DNA of 64,000 bases from a virus (taxonomy: Duplodnaviria; Caudoviricetes). Below are positions 1 through 8,289 of this stretch, one piece after another. Under the pieces are notes generated by a model. That model worked only from the letters and a program-made list of their open reading frames with translations. It was not told where the DNA came from and made no database searches. The translations under genes were made by a program, and so were the position numbers. The stretch's first letter is position 1; each line of letters opens with the position of its first letter. The DNA is taken from the IMG/VR virus record IMGVR_UViG_3300036713_000599; one strand, given 5' to 3'.

Positions 1-555
1 AATTTCAGGGATGTTTTGCCCAACACTGTTGGGCAAGTTCCCAACACTCTTCTTTGATTTGTAGCTTTTGCCGTCAGAACCAACCCGAGGAGTGTTGGGA
101 ACTTGCCCAACACTCTCTCTGACTTTTTTGACAGTATGGTGGGACACTCCACACCGGCGAGCAACTTCACGGTCGGCGAACTTCGCTAGTTCTGGTTGTT
201 CGAGTACCTTTTGGACGAGAGCCCTTTTGTCGGCGGGGGTCATGTTCTTTCCCCGATTGTACTTCGCGGCTTCTAGAAGTACATCTGCGACCGTACCTTC
301 TTGGACTATGGCTTGAATCGTCTCATAGTCGGGGTTATCGGGATGCTTTTCCTGGAGCTTTAGACGGGCGAGGGTGCGATGCCATCCTTCGACGGGCCAG
401 ATAGACACCCCGTTTGTGATGACGCGAATATCGGGGAAGGAGTCGCCCTTCTCCATGGCTTTTGCGTAACGCTCTACAAGTCCCTCATCGACTTCTGCCC
501 GAGCATGAAGAGTAAGATCTAGGGTGATATCACTGAGGCTAATTTTCTTAAACAT
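1..555 (-). CDS. ParB/Srx-like N-terminal domain plus HTH protein (partial, runs off left edge)
   Basis: Manual translation from ATG 555, open to base 1: MFKKISLSDITLDLTLHARAEVDEGLVERYAKAMEKGDSFPDI...WPVEGWHRTLAR (ParB GxHR motif), then ...FADREVARRCGVSHHTVKKVR (HTH). Absent from the ORF track because no stop lies in the window. Confidence 0.75.
   Translation of the reverse strand, partial: MFKKISLSDITLDLTLHARAEVDEGLVERYAKAMEKGDSFPDIRVITNGVSIWPVEGWHRTLARLKLQEKHPDNPDYETIQAIVQEGTVADVLLEAAKYNRGKNMTPADKRALVQKVLEQPELAKFADREVARRCGVSHHTVKKVRESVGQVPNTPRVGSDGKSYKSKKSVGNLPNSVGQNIPEI
16..112. repeat. Five TGTTGGG(C/A)AA half-sites in alternating orientation inside the ParB-like gene
   Basis: Half-sites at 16-25, 27-36, 38-47, 92-101, 103-112; 27-49 and 90-112 form a perfect 23-bp inverted repeat. 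Confidence 0.85.
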
Positions 556-743
556 GGTCCCACCATACACCGACAGAGCGGGTTAGGTAATTCTTTTGTT
601 TGCGGGGGAGGATAGGTCCGCAGCGACGTTCAGAAATTCTTGGAAGGGCCGCCCACCGCCCTTTGGGTCGTGGTTACTGATGAAGTCCCCAGAGCATGGG
701 CAACATCGGTCAGTGACGTGGGTTTGTCGCCCAACCTCGACGC

Positions 744-992
744 TTAGGTGTCGGGGTTGTTTTTTGGCGAGAAGTGTTGAACAACCGAGACGAGAGCCTT
801 CGACGGGAACACGGTTGACATGACGAGCAATCTGTTGCTGTTGAACCCGCAGACTTCACACCATCGTTTGAAAACGGGGTCGTCTAGGACAATCTCGCCC
901 TTCGTGACCACTCTCGCGGCTAGATCGACTAGCTTCGTGATATCATCGATGGAGAGTTCCGTGAACAGCATCGTGGTTGGGTCGTATCTCAC
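744..992 (-). CDS. hypothetical protein
   Basis: 82-aa ORF; GTG start exactly 5 nt after the class I motif at 998-1026. Confidence 0.7.
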   Translation of the reverse strand: MRYDPTTMLFTELSIDDITKLVDLAARVVTKGEIVLDDPVFKRWCEVCGFNSNRLLVMSTVFPSKALVSVVQHFSPKNNPDT

Positions 993-997
993 GCCCG

Positions 998-1026
998 TAC
1001 TACGTATTTTTGGGACGGGAGTTCGG
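998..1026 (-). promoter_or_regulatory. class I promoter-like motif CCGAAC-N16-CGTAGTA (representative of 18 copies)
   Basis: Minus strand reads TTCCGAAC-tcccgtcccaaaaata-CGTAGTA-cgggc-GTG; all copies listed in findings. Confidence 0.75.
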
Positions 1027-1063
1027 AACTTTCTTCGTCTTCGAGCCTTTGGTGGTCAGTGTC

Positions 1064-1312
1064 TTAGGCCTTGAGAGATTTGGGATTTGGAAGGCCTTCA
1101 AGCTCAAGGAGATAACATGTGATGTTCAAGTGCTCCCGGGCTCCTTTAAGCTCCGCTTTGAGGCCAAGGATCTCTGCTTCAAGGCGAGCGACCTTTGCTT
1201 CCAGGCCCTTGATGACCATTTTTTGGCTGACCTCACGAACCGTCGGTCGGTCCATCGAGGGGCTTCTTAACTGCGGGCATGTCGGGTCTCGGTCGGAGTT
1301 TTTCTTGCTCAT
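1064..1312 (-). CDS. hypothetical coiled-coil protein
   Basis: ATG 1312 with AGGAG RBS; heptad-like LEAKVARLEAEILGLKAEL; class I variant promoter at 1372-1400. Confidence 0.6.
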   Translation of the reverse strand: MSKKNSDRDPTCPQLRSPSMDRPTVREVSQKMVIKGLEAKVARLEAEILGLKAELKGAREHLNITCYLLELEGLPNPKSLKA

Positions 1313-1411
1313 GTTGTCTCCTATTTGACTCCATCTTTCACGTACCACGGGAGTGGTCGAATCCTCCCCCGTGGTACGCTCCGAGTTAGGAATTGTTCGG
1401 AATTTTTTCAC

Positions 1412-1562
1412 TCAAAAAGCAGCCCGAAGTTGGGCGACGTTGAGGGACTTGTTTTTGCGAGCAAGTTTCTTAGCAATCTTGAGAAGTCGGGGAACTTCCT
1501 TCGCATCGTAGAGGCAAACTTCGTCCGCCACCATGAAGGCTATGTCCAAGGGGAGCTTACGG
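1412..1562 (-). pseudogene. 3' half of a 99-aa gene interrupted by the TnpB element
   Basis: Frame TRKLPLDIAFMVADEVCLYDAKEVPRLLKIAKKLARKNKSLNVAQLRAAF* joins in frame to the 2767-2915 fragment when 1565-2768 is removed. Confidence 0.65.
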
Positions 1563-1564
1563 GT

Positions 1565-2768
1565 TCATGAGTAGTTAGTGAGAACTTACCCAAACTTTTC
1601 TGTTTCTGTTTTAGTTTGAGGTTAACCGGTGTAAACCTAAGACAATGAGGTTGATTCGATCCACCAAAGTCTCCTTGAAAGAGACAAATCCAAGGAAGTT
1701 GAAAATCCTGGAAGAAGTATTCCAGGAATACGGTCGGATTGTAAACCTCTTCATCGAACTATTCTGGGAAAATCCCGTCAAAAAGTCAAAGCTTCTAAAG
1801 CCAATCGTCGACTCGGTTCTCCCTACTTGGCTTTCCGCTCGGCTTCGAAAGGTTGCCGCCCGGGAAGCCCTTGATGTGATCAAGGCAGCCAAGGAATCAG
1901 CAAAATCCCTTGGGAGAACTCCGAAAAAGCCAACTCACAGAGGGAGTCGAATGTGCCTTTCTAGTACCATCGCTTCCCTTGACTTGGCTGGAAAAGCCAC
2001 ATCCTATGATCGCTGGCTCCACCTTCATTCCATCGGGCATCATCCCGAATTTGGAAGAGTTATCCTAGATCTCCCGATCAAATTACACAAGCATTACAAT
2101 GAGTTAGCTTCTATTGGAAGACGACAAGAATCCTACATTCTAACCTCCCGTTACGTTCAGCTCAGCTTCGAAATCGTCACCGAGGAAAAGCTCCCTTCTG
2201 ACCGATGTATCGGAATCGATAGTGGAATCAAGGCTTTAGCTTCGACTTCTACTCGACATCAATTCGGGAAAGACATAGAAAAAGGGATTGAGCGGATAAA
2301 ACGTTGTAAACACGGTTCAAAGGGGCAAAAGAGGGCTAGAAGGGCTCTTCGCCAGAGGATGAATGAGGTGGTGAAGGAACTCTTTGGCACCTTAAATCCC
2401 ACTTTGATCGTGGTCGAAAAGCTTCGTTCCTTGAATAAAAGGACAAGAGTCAAACGCCGCTTGACTCGAAATATGCGGCGCTCTATCGGTAGCTGGACCT
2501 ATCGTTATTGGTTGGAAAGACTAGAAAGAGAGTGTGAAATGAGACGTTCTCGTTTTCGCTCGGTCAATCCATACAAAACTAGTCAACGATGTTCAGTCTG
2601 TGGTCATATCGATAGGAGAAATCGGCGAGGAGAGGTATTCAAATGTCAGAGTTGTGGTCACACTGACAATGCGGACACTAACGCCGCTTTGAATATCTTG
2701 GATCGATTTCTTACCGGACCTTACGGTGCCGGTTGCAAACCTTTAACCTTGGTTGGAGCTACATGAGT
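1565..2768 (+). mobile_element. non-autonomous TnpB-only insertion element (IS607-like or IS200/IS605-like)
   Basis: GT dinucleotide on both sides (1563-1564, 2767-2768); terminal TCATG/CATGA inverted pentamers; removal restores an ORF; no tnpA in the element or the window. Confidence 0.7.
1645..2766 (+). CDS. tnpB: TnpB RNA-guided RuvC endonuclease
   Basis: 373 aa; RuvC-I GIDSG, RuvC-II VVEKL, zinc finger CSVC..CQSC, RuvC-III NADTNAALNI. Confidence 0.92.
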   Translation: MRLIRSTKVSLKETNPRKLKILEEVFQEYGRIVNLFIELFWENPVKKSKLLKPIVDSVLPTWLSARLRKVAAREALDVIKAAKESAKSLGRTPKKPTHRGSRMCLSSTIASLDLAGKATSYDRWLHLHSIGHHPEFGRVILDLPIKLHKHYNELASIGRRQESYILTSRYVQLSFEIVTEEKLPSDRCIGIDSGIKALASTSTRHQFGKDIEKGIERIKRCKHGSKGQKRARRALRQRMNEVVKELFGTLNPTLIVVEKLRSLNKRTRVKRRLTRNMRRSIGSWTYRYWLERLERECEMRRSRFRSVNPYKTSQRCSVCGHIDRRNRRGEVFKCQSCGHTDNADTNAALNILDRFLTGPYGAGCKPLTLVGAT

Positions 2769-2915
2769 AGCTTTGAACAAGTTTGCAGGAACGGTTCCTT
2801 GCCAGTAGATTCCGAAACCTCCCGTGACAATCCCGTCACTCCAAACGCAGAAGGTTTTCTCATCGAAAGTTCTGCGGGTGGCGATGACGGTGGGCTTGTT
2901 CTCGGTGGTGTTCAT
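2767..2915 (-). pseudogene. 5' half of the interrupted gene (MNTTENKPTV...NLFKAT)
   Basis: ATG 2915 lies 5 nt after class I motif 2921-2950; the frame now reads on into antisense tnpB and stops at 2721. Confidence 0.65.
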
Positions 2916-3102
2916 ACCCGTGCTACGATTGGTCGGGAAGAGAAGTTCGGAGAAAAATGAGTGTTGGAAACGTTTCCAACACTCATTCTCAAACCCCTTG
3001 TTTTGCAGGCTTTCAAAAATAAGGCAAAAGAGGGTAGTTGTGTCGATCCCGAGAACCCCTATTTTTGTAGGGGGTTTGAGCGTCCAATCTCAGTAGAATC
3101 TT

Positions 3103-3720
3103 TCAATGAGGATGTAAGGCTAGGAGTTTTCTTTCGAGTTCTCTATTTTGGCTCTCCCTGGTAACCTTCATGGCACTGTCCCAGGTAGCGTACCAGGCAG
3201 CATCCCTGGCGGCGGTCCAGGCAGCCTCCTTGGCAGCACACCAGGCAGCCTCCCAGGCATCGTACCAGGCAGCATTCCTGGCAGCCTCCTGGGCAGCCTC
3301 TAGTTCTTCATTAGTGGCCTTCCCATCGATCCACAACTTTTTGATCTCGATGGCCCTCAAACTTTTCGGGTCAGGGTTCCCGGCCTTTCTCAACGCTTCT
3401 TCAGCACACCAAATAGCAAATTCATGGAGAACCCTTGAAGCATCTTTGACCCAAAGAACTCTCCTCCTGGAACACACCAGTTTATCGTCACCGTGGATCA
3501 TATCGCCGCTACATTCAACCCTACAAACCACAGGCCCTGGGGCATATTTAAGGGCATCAAGAGGTGTTATGCTTGCATGAAGTCCTTTTTCGCAAAGCTT
3601 CAAAGGGCCTCGATGTCTCAAGATCTGTCCTTTGTGGACCTTGAGGGGTCTTTTCATTGAATCCGTGAGGATTGTGGAATCATCACGGATGAAGTGCCAC
3701 GCTTGGATCGGACTTGTCAT
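3103..3720 (-). CDS. phage protein with Ala/Trp tetrapeptide repeats, paralog 1
   Basis: Start moved to ATG 3720 (MTSPIQAWHF) by homology to the adjacent paralog; C-terminal AAW/AAR repeats. Confidence 0.8.
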   Translation of the reverse strand: MTSPIQAWHFIRDDSTILTDSMKRPLKVHKGQILRHRGPLKLCEKGLHASITPLDALKYAPGPVVCRVECSGDMIHGDDKLVCSRRRVLWVKDASRVLHEFAIWCAEEALRKAGNPDPKSLRAIEIKKLWIDGKATNEELEAAQEAARNAAWYDAWEAAWCAAKEAAWTAARDAAWYATWDSAMKVTRESQNRELERKLLALHPH

Positions 3721-3775
3721 GTTCGTGTTACGATTCCTCGTGTGGACATGTTCGGAACAAATTGGGTACCTGGTT

Positions 3776-4453
3776 TCAATGAGGTTGTAGAGCCAAGAGG
3801 CTTCTCTCAAGTTCTTCGTTTTGACTTTCCCTAGTAGCCGCGTTCCTGGCAGCACCCCAGATAACGTGCCTGGCCGCGTCCCAGGCCGCGTTCCTGGCAG
3901 CGTACCTGGCGTCGTCCCAGGCCGCGTTCCTGGCAGCGTACCTGGCGGCCTCTTTGGTAGCGTTCCAGGCCGCGTTCTCGGGAGGTTGCCTGGCAACCTC
4001 ACTGGCCGCGTTCCAGGCAGCCTCCCAGGCAGCCTTTAACTCTTCATCAGTGGCTTTCCCATTGAGCCACAACTTTTTAACCTCGACAGCCTTTAGGCTT
4101 CTTGGGTCAGGGTTTCTGACCTTTCCCAATGCTTCTTCAGCACACCAGATCGCAAATTCATGGAGAACCCGTGAAGCATCGACCATCCAAAGAACCTTCC
4201 TCCTGGAACAGACCAGTTTGCCGTCACCATGGATCACACCGCCGCTACACTCGACCCTGCAAGCCACAGACCCTGGAGCATATTCGAGGGCATCAAGAGG
4301 CCTCACACTTGCATGAAGTCCTTTTTTGCAAAGCTTCAGAGGGCCTCGATGCCTCAATGTTTGCCCTTGGTGGACCTTGAGGGGTCTTTTCATTGAATCC
4401 GTGAGAATTGTGGAATCATCACGGATGAAGTGCCAGGCTTGGATCGGTTTCAT
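3776..4453 (-). CDS. phage protein with Ala/Trp tetrapeptide repeats, paralog 2
   Basis: MKPIQAWHFIRDDST...CKKGLHAS...DALEYAPG; 12-nt tandem units at about 3840-4030. Confidence 0.8.
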   Translation of the reverse strand: MKPIQAWHFIRDDSTILTDSMKRPLKVHQGQTLRHRGPLKLCKKGLHASVRPLDALEYAPGSVACRVECSGGVIHGDGKLVCSRRKVLWMVDASRVLHEFAIWCAEEALGKVRNPDPRSLKAVEVKKLWLNGKATDEELKAAWEAAWNAASEVARQPPENAAWNATKEAARYAARNAAWDDARYAARNAAWDAARHVIWGAARNAATRESQNEELERSLLALQPH

Positions 4454-4463
4454 AGTTCTACTT

Positions 4464-4640
4464 CTAGTTGACGTCGTTGTCTTCGACTCGCCCAGGAATC
4501 CATTCGTAGTTGCCCTTTCGGAGGGCTTGTTTGTTGTTGTGGCGTTCGCGGCGGCGGGCCGCTGTCTTAAGCCCTCGGAGAGTGGTTGCCCCGTCAGTGG
4601 TGCGGCGGGTAGCCCTTCGGGCAGCTCGGGTTGTGGTCAT
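4464..4640 (-). CDS. small Arg-rich hypothetical protein
   Basis: MTTTRAARRATRR...; downstream of class I motif 4655-4683. Confidence 0.5.
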   Translation of the reverse strand: MTTTRAARRATRRTTDGATTLRGLKTAARRRERHNNKQALRKGNYEWIPGRVEDNDVN

Positions 4641-4725
4641 TTTTGCGATGTTCATACTACGTTCCTCATGAAAAGGAGTTCGGAAAAATCAGTGACACCG
4701 GGTACTTTTAGTCGTAGTGTCCTCA

Positions 4726-5034
4726 CTACATATCGAATTCATCAAAGGCACAAGAGCCACAGTAGCCTCCCATTGCCCGATGGTGGGGAGCATTCACGAG
4801 CGGTCCACCACATCCACGACAGCGACCAGAAAAACTCGGCTCGTGACGACGAGAAGCCACCGAAACCCCCTTCTCCGCCAGGCATGTCCCGTCTTTTCCC
4901 GTCCAAAGAACTCTCCCTACCGTAAGGGTGAGGGTCTGACCACTCTTTTTGGTCACTGTGACTGTGTCACCCTCTGCCAAATTCTTCCCTCTGAGGCCCC
5001 AGCCACCGTTTCGTAGTTTCGTAAACGTTGTCAT
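4726..5034 (-). CDS. hypothetical protein with C-terminal CxxC..CxxC
   Basis: ATG 5034 is 5 nt after class I motif 5040-5068; CRGC and CGSC. Confidence 0.7.
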   Translation of the reverse strand: MTTFTKLRNGGWGLRGKNLAEGDTVTVTKKSGQTLTLTVGRVLWTGKDGTCLAEKGVSVASRRHEPSFSGRCRGCGGPLVNAPHHRAMGGYCGSCAFDEFDM

Positions 5035-5235
5035 ACCCCTACTACGCCCCCTGCTCGCAAGAGTTCGGAAAAATAACCCGAAAGTGTGTCTCATTCGTTG
5101 GCAGAATCCCAAAACCACCGGATTTCAACAAGTTATGAACCAAATTGAAAGTAATTGTCAATTCGACCTCCTGTAATAAAGAAAGAGCGGTGGTGACTTT
5201 TCCGAACCTTTTCTCATGGGAGACGTAGTACGGGC

Positions 5236-5373
5236 ATGAACACCGAAAAGAAAAAGCCTTCCGATAAAAAACCCTCCCCCGATAAACTCATCTCCGAAGA
5301 CTTCGTTTTCGACGTCTCCAACCTGTCCCTAGAGGACCTCCAAAACCTCGCCGCTATGACAGCAGGAGAATAA
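5236..5373 (+). CDS. 45-aa hypothetical protein (not in ORF track)
   Basis: ATG 5 nt after class I motif 5202-5230; MNTEKKKPSDKKPSPDKLISEDFVFDVSNLSLEDLQNLAAMTAGE*. Confidence 0.6.
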   Translation: MNTEKKKPSDKKPSPDKLISEDFVFDVSNLSLEDLQNLAAMTAGE

Positions 5374-5374
5374 C

Positions 5375-5602
5375 ATGAGCACCTACACTGTATGGCAATA
5401 TCCTAGCCCCGACATCCGTCGCTACTTCGAAATCTTGAACGATCCCGATGTCAAAGACATTGAAGATCTAGACAAAATGGCGTCCCTCGTTGTCATGCGG
5501 GAGGGGTGCTACGGTACTCCCACGTCCATGTCTGGTTGGGAGCCACAAGCAAGATTTTTGCTCCAAGACGGCGTCCTAACGCCCCACCCGGTTGGAAAAT
5601 AA
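5375..5602 (+). CDS. hypothetical protein
   Basis: 75 aa, AGGAG RBS, starts 1 nt after the previous stop. Confidence 0.65.
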   Translation: MSTYTVWQYPSPDIRRYFEILNDPDVKDIEDLDKMASLVVMREGCYGTPTSMSGWEPQARFLLQDGVLTPHPVGK

Positions 5603-5784
5603 CCCGCATAGGGACACCAAAAAACAAAAAACACCTTCTCACCCACCAAAACCCACCTATATGCACAAAAACCCTACACGTAGAGGGCTTTCGTGCATTT
5701 CACCTTCCTTCTCCGACTCGGTTCCCGCCTAGGGGCTCGTGTAGGTCCGACTATCCTTATATGGGTCCCTCCCACCACACCCAA

Positions 5785-5866
5785 TACTACGTCCCGACGG
5801 CCCTTGGAGTTCGGGAAAATCTTTTTGAACTTTCTTCCGAACTCTGGACCCCGGCCGACCGTAGTA
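5785..5866. promoter_or_regulatory. back-to-back class I promoter pair
   Basis: Minus motif 5785-5814 and plus motif 5837-5866; related cassettes at 7131-7200 and 7663-7733. Confidence 0.7.
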
Positions 5867-5871
5867 CGGGT

Positions 5872-6297
5872 GTGAATACGACAATCGAAAGCCTCACGGC
5901 CGACATCAACTTTTTCAGCTCCAAGGAATACCACGAGCTGGTTCTCACAGGAAGAGTGACCTACCCCGAAGTTTCGTGGGATTGTACGGTGAGGAATCTG
6001 AAGAACGCCATCCGGGAGCGAGCTAACTCAGATAATGCCCAATGGCTGCAATATAAGGGCCATTGGGACGGCCCCGAATGGGTCCTCGTCAAGGTGACCC
6101 GTCGGGTCAAGACGAAGATGGGCGTGGCCTTTGAGAAGGGCGAGATTGCCCTGGCCCGTAAAACCCCCCAGGAGCCCGATTCAGCGAATCTGTCCCCTGC
6201 AACCCGTGCGGAAATCAACAAGCCCTCTTGGACGGTATATAGCGTCAGGAACCGTGTCGACACAAAGGTGTCCATCCGTACCTGCAAGGAGCTGTGA
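5872..6297 (+). CDS. hypothetical protein
   Basis: Start moved to GTG 5872, 5 nt after the class I motif. Confidence 0.7.
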   Translation: MNTTIESLTADINFFSSKEYHELVLTGRVTYPEVSWDCTVRNLKNAIRERANSDNAQWLQYKGHWDGPEWVLVKVTRRVKTKMGVAFEKGEIALARKTPQEPDSANLSPATRAEINKPSWTVYSVRNRVDTKVSIRTCKEL

Positions 6298-6361
6298 CGG
6301 TACCATTGAAGTCTGACAACATACCGAAAATGACTGACATATAACGAGAAAAGATCTAACG

Positions 6362-6562
6362 ATGAGAAATCCTTGCCAAGAAATTCAACTGGGAGTGAAC
6401 TTTGATGTCCGACACCGAGCGGCTAAAGCCCTAGGATGGTCCATCAAGGACACCAGAGGCCTGTCCCTGGCGAGCTTACGCGAACTAATTCGCGACAAGG
6501 ACCCAGAACTTGCAGAGGAGATGTCCTGTATCATCCGGAACGGGACCCACATTTCCTACTAA
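6362..6562 (+). CDS. hypothetical protein
   Basis: 66-aa ORF in a co-directional run. Confidence 0.55.
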   Translation: MRNPCQEIQLGVNFDVRHRAAKALGWSIKDTRGLSLASLRELIRDKDPELAEEMSCIIRNGTHISY

Positions 6563-6576
6563 ATAGGCCGCAACCA

Positions 6577-6789
6577 ATGAACGTTGAGCAAATAGAAGAC
6601 ATGTTCGGAGAGCCCCTCGACGCCCTCCAAGGACGTAAGGTGTCTGTCGAAGCAGGCAACACCTTTTACACAACAGAGCTTGTAGGGTTCACCTTCGATA
6701 CCCGCCTGCAACTATCTGCATGTGTGCGAGACTCTGCCGATACATGGCACCTCCTCCAAGTACATCCATCCAAAATAAAGCTTGTGTAG
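6577..6789 (+). CDS. hypothetical protein
   Basis: ATG 6577 (MNVEQIEDMF) chosen to avoid overlap with the upstream gene. Confidence 0.55.
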   Translation: MNVEQIEDMFGEPLDALQGRKVSVEAGNTFYTTELVGFTFDTRLQLSACVRDSADTWHLLQVHPSKIKLV

Positions 6790-6814
6790 GACAGGAACAC
6801 CATGAAGTGGACAA

Positions 6815-7015
6815 ATGGAAATGGCAGGATGGTACACCTACGCCAAAGAAGGACAGAACGGTAGCCTTGCCGCCGTTGTCCTCGAACTGATCAAAGGCAA
6901 GACTATGTGGTGTGCCCACATTCACGAGGGCATGCCACCAGGGGATGCCCAGTTCAGGAAGCTCAAAGACGCAAAGGCGTGGGTTGAGCAGAAGTGCCCC
7001 TCTAAGGGCTCCTAA
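6815..7015 (+). CDS. hypothetical protein
   Basis: 66 aa; a degenerate copy of its 3' end and trailer lies at about 7270-7390. Confidence 0.55.
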   Translation: MEMAGWYTYAKEGQNGSLAAVVLELIKGKTMWCAHIHEGMPPGDAQFRKLKDAKAWVEQKCPSKGS

Positions 7016-7404
7016 CCCACCCTACCTCCTAGGCCCCTTCTAAGAACAAAAAGGGCTAGAAGGCCCCCTAGGGTCCTCCAGAGGGCGAATTCTGAATTGG
7101 TCGATGGTGGGTCCCACCCACCTCACCCAGTACTACGTTCTCGCCCTGCTCGAAGTTCGGGGAAAATCTTTTCGAACTTTCTTCCGAACTCTTCTCGCTC
7201 ACACGGCCCAATCATGTGGTCCTGGAACGGAAAGGACTACTTTTGTGGGTAAATGGGGCACCTAGAGGGGCCCTGTGGGTTGAGCAGAAGTACTTCTCTA
7301 AGGGTCCCTAACCCGCCCTGCCCTCTAGGGACCACACAAGGACAGAAAATAACAGGAAGGGCCCTCAGGGCCTCACAGAGGGTGGCAAGGACTCGGCACC
7401 CTAA

Positions 7405-7656
7405 TCACTCCCCGGTTAAGAGCCAGCGAAGGTTTCGGAATTCCGCCTCTGCTGCCGTACCTCGCAACTCACCAGCGTCAAGTCGACGAAACGCTTCCTC
7501 ACGACTCACACCAAGGATGGCTAGCGCCTGGCGATCAGCCAGTGCTTCTATCTCGTGTTGAGTGTGCTCAACTACCACAGGGTCTTTGGTGCTTCGCATG
7601 TGCATATCATGTGCTCGGCAAGCCGACAGGTCAAGAGACCGAGCCCCGCCCACCAC
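7405..7656 (-). CDS. hypothetical protein
   Basis: Follows class I motif 7663-7692; exact start uncertain. Confidence 0.55.
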   Translation of the reverse strand: MVGGARSLDLSACRAHDMHMRSTKDPVVVEHTQHEIEALADRQALAILGVSREEAFRRLDAGELRGTAAEAEFRNLRWLLTGE

Positions 7657-7738
7657 ACCCAGTACTACGAGGATAGGACCATGGAGGTTCGGGGGATCTT
7701 TTTTCCGAACTCTACTCGCTCACGCTCGTAGTACTGGC

Positions 7739-8014
7739 ATGACTACCAAGAAGCTCAACCATCACGGTGTAAACGTTGACATGGCCCACTCAGATACCCG
7801 CTGTGTCCGCTACACTCACCCCATCATAGGGGAGAGCCTGTCGACCACCCAAGTGTGGTCATGGGAGGGCGGGGACGCCATCGTCGTCGTAACAGGGAGA
7901 GGTGACGCGTGGACGGTCATCCGTCACGAAGACCTGATCACAGCTGTCCCTGCGTCCCTACACGACGCCATGCGGGCGGTGGGTGTGGACCCAGAGGAGT
8001 ATCAGGTTGTGTAG
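7739..8014 (+). CDS. hypothetical protein
   Basis: ATG 7739 is 5 nt after class I motif 7705-7733. Confidence 0.7.
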   Translation: MTTKKLNHHGVNVDMAHSDTRCVRYTHPIIGESLSTTQVWSWEGGDAIVVVTGRGDAWTVIRHEDLITAVPASLHDAMRAVGVDPEEYQVV

Positions 8015-8109
8015 GCTGGTGTGCCCAAACCGCTTCATTAAATTTTAAAAAATTGTATGGAGGGGTGGGGGGCGTATCTAGCCTACGTATGCCACTCTAT
8101 GGTTAAAAC

Positions 8110-8289
8110 CCCGATTTTTCAAAATTTGGTATGGTGGAAATTTTTGGGCAAAAAACACCCCTCGCCTCACCCTACCCTTGAGGTGCCGTTGCCATTTGGA
8201 GCACCCGCCCTGCCCGTCTTCGCCTTGCCTCTCCCGATTTTTCAAAATTTGGTATGGTGGAAATTTTTGGGCAAAAAACACCCCTCGCC
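8110..8289. repeat. perfect 57-bp AT-rich direct repeat (8110-8166 and 8233-8289)
   Basis: cccgatttttcaaaatttggtatggtggaaatttttgggcaaaaaacacccctcgcc twice; partial third copy near 8041-8065. Confidence 0.9.

Noticed and set aside
1565-2768. TnpB element as an IStron (group I intron-IS hybrid)
   Set aside because: Only 80 nt lie between the left end and tnpB, too short for a ribozyme core, and the interrupted gene is on the opposite strand.
3721-4039. N-terminal extension of ORF 3103-4002 and the GRVP-repeat ORF 3821-4039
   Set aside because: Alternative frames held open by the 12-nt repeats of the 3776-4453 gene; paralog alignment puts the real start at 3720.
3103-4453. Paralog pair as a diversity-generating retroelement template/variable pair
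   Set aside because: Differences include many synonymous C/T changes across the whole gene, not adenine-only, and no reverse transcriptase is present in the window.
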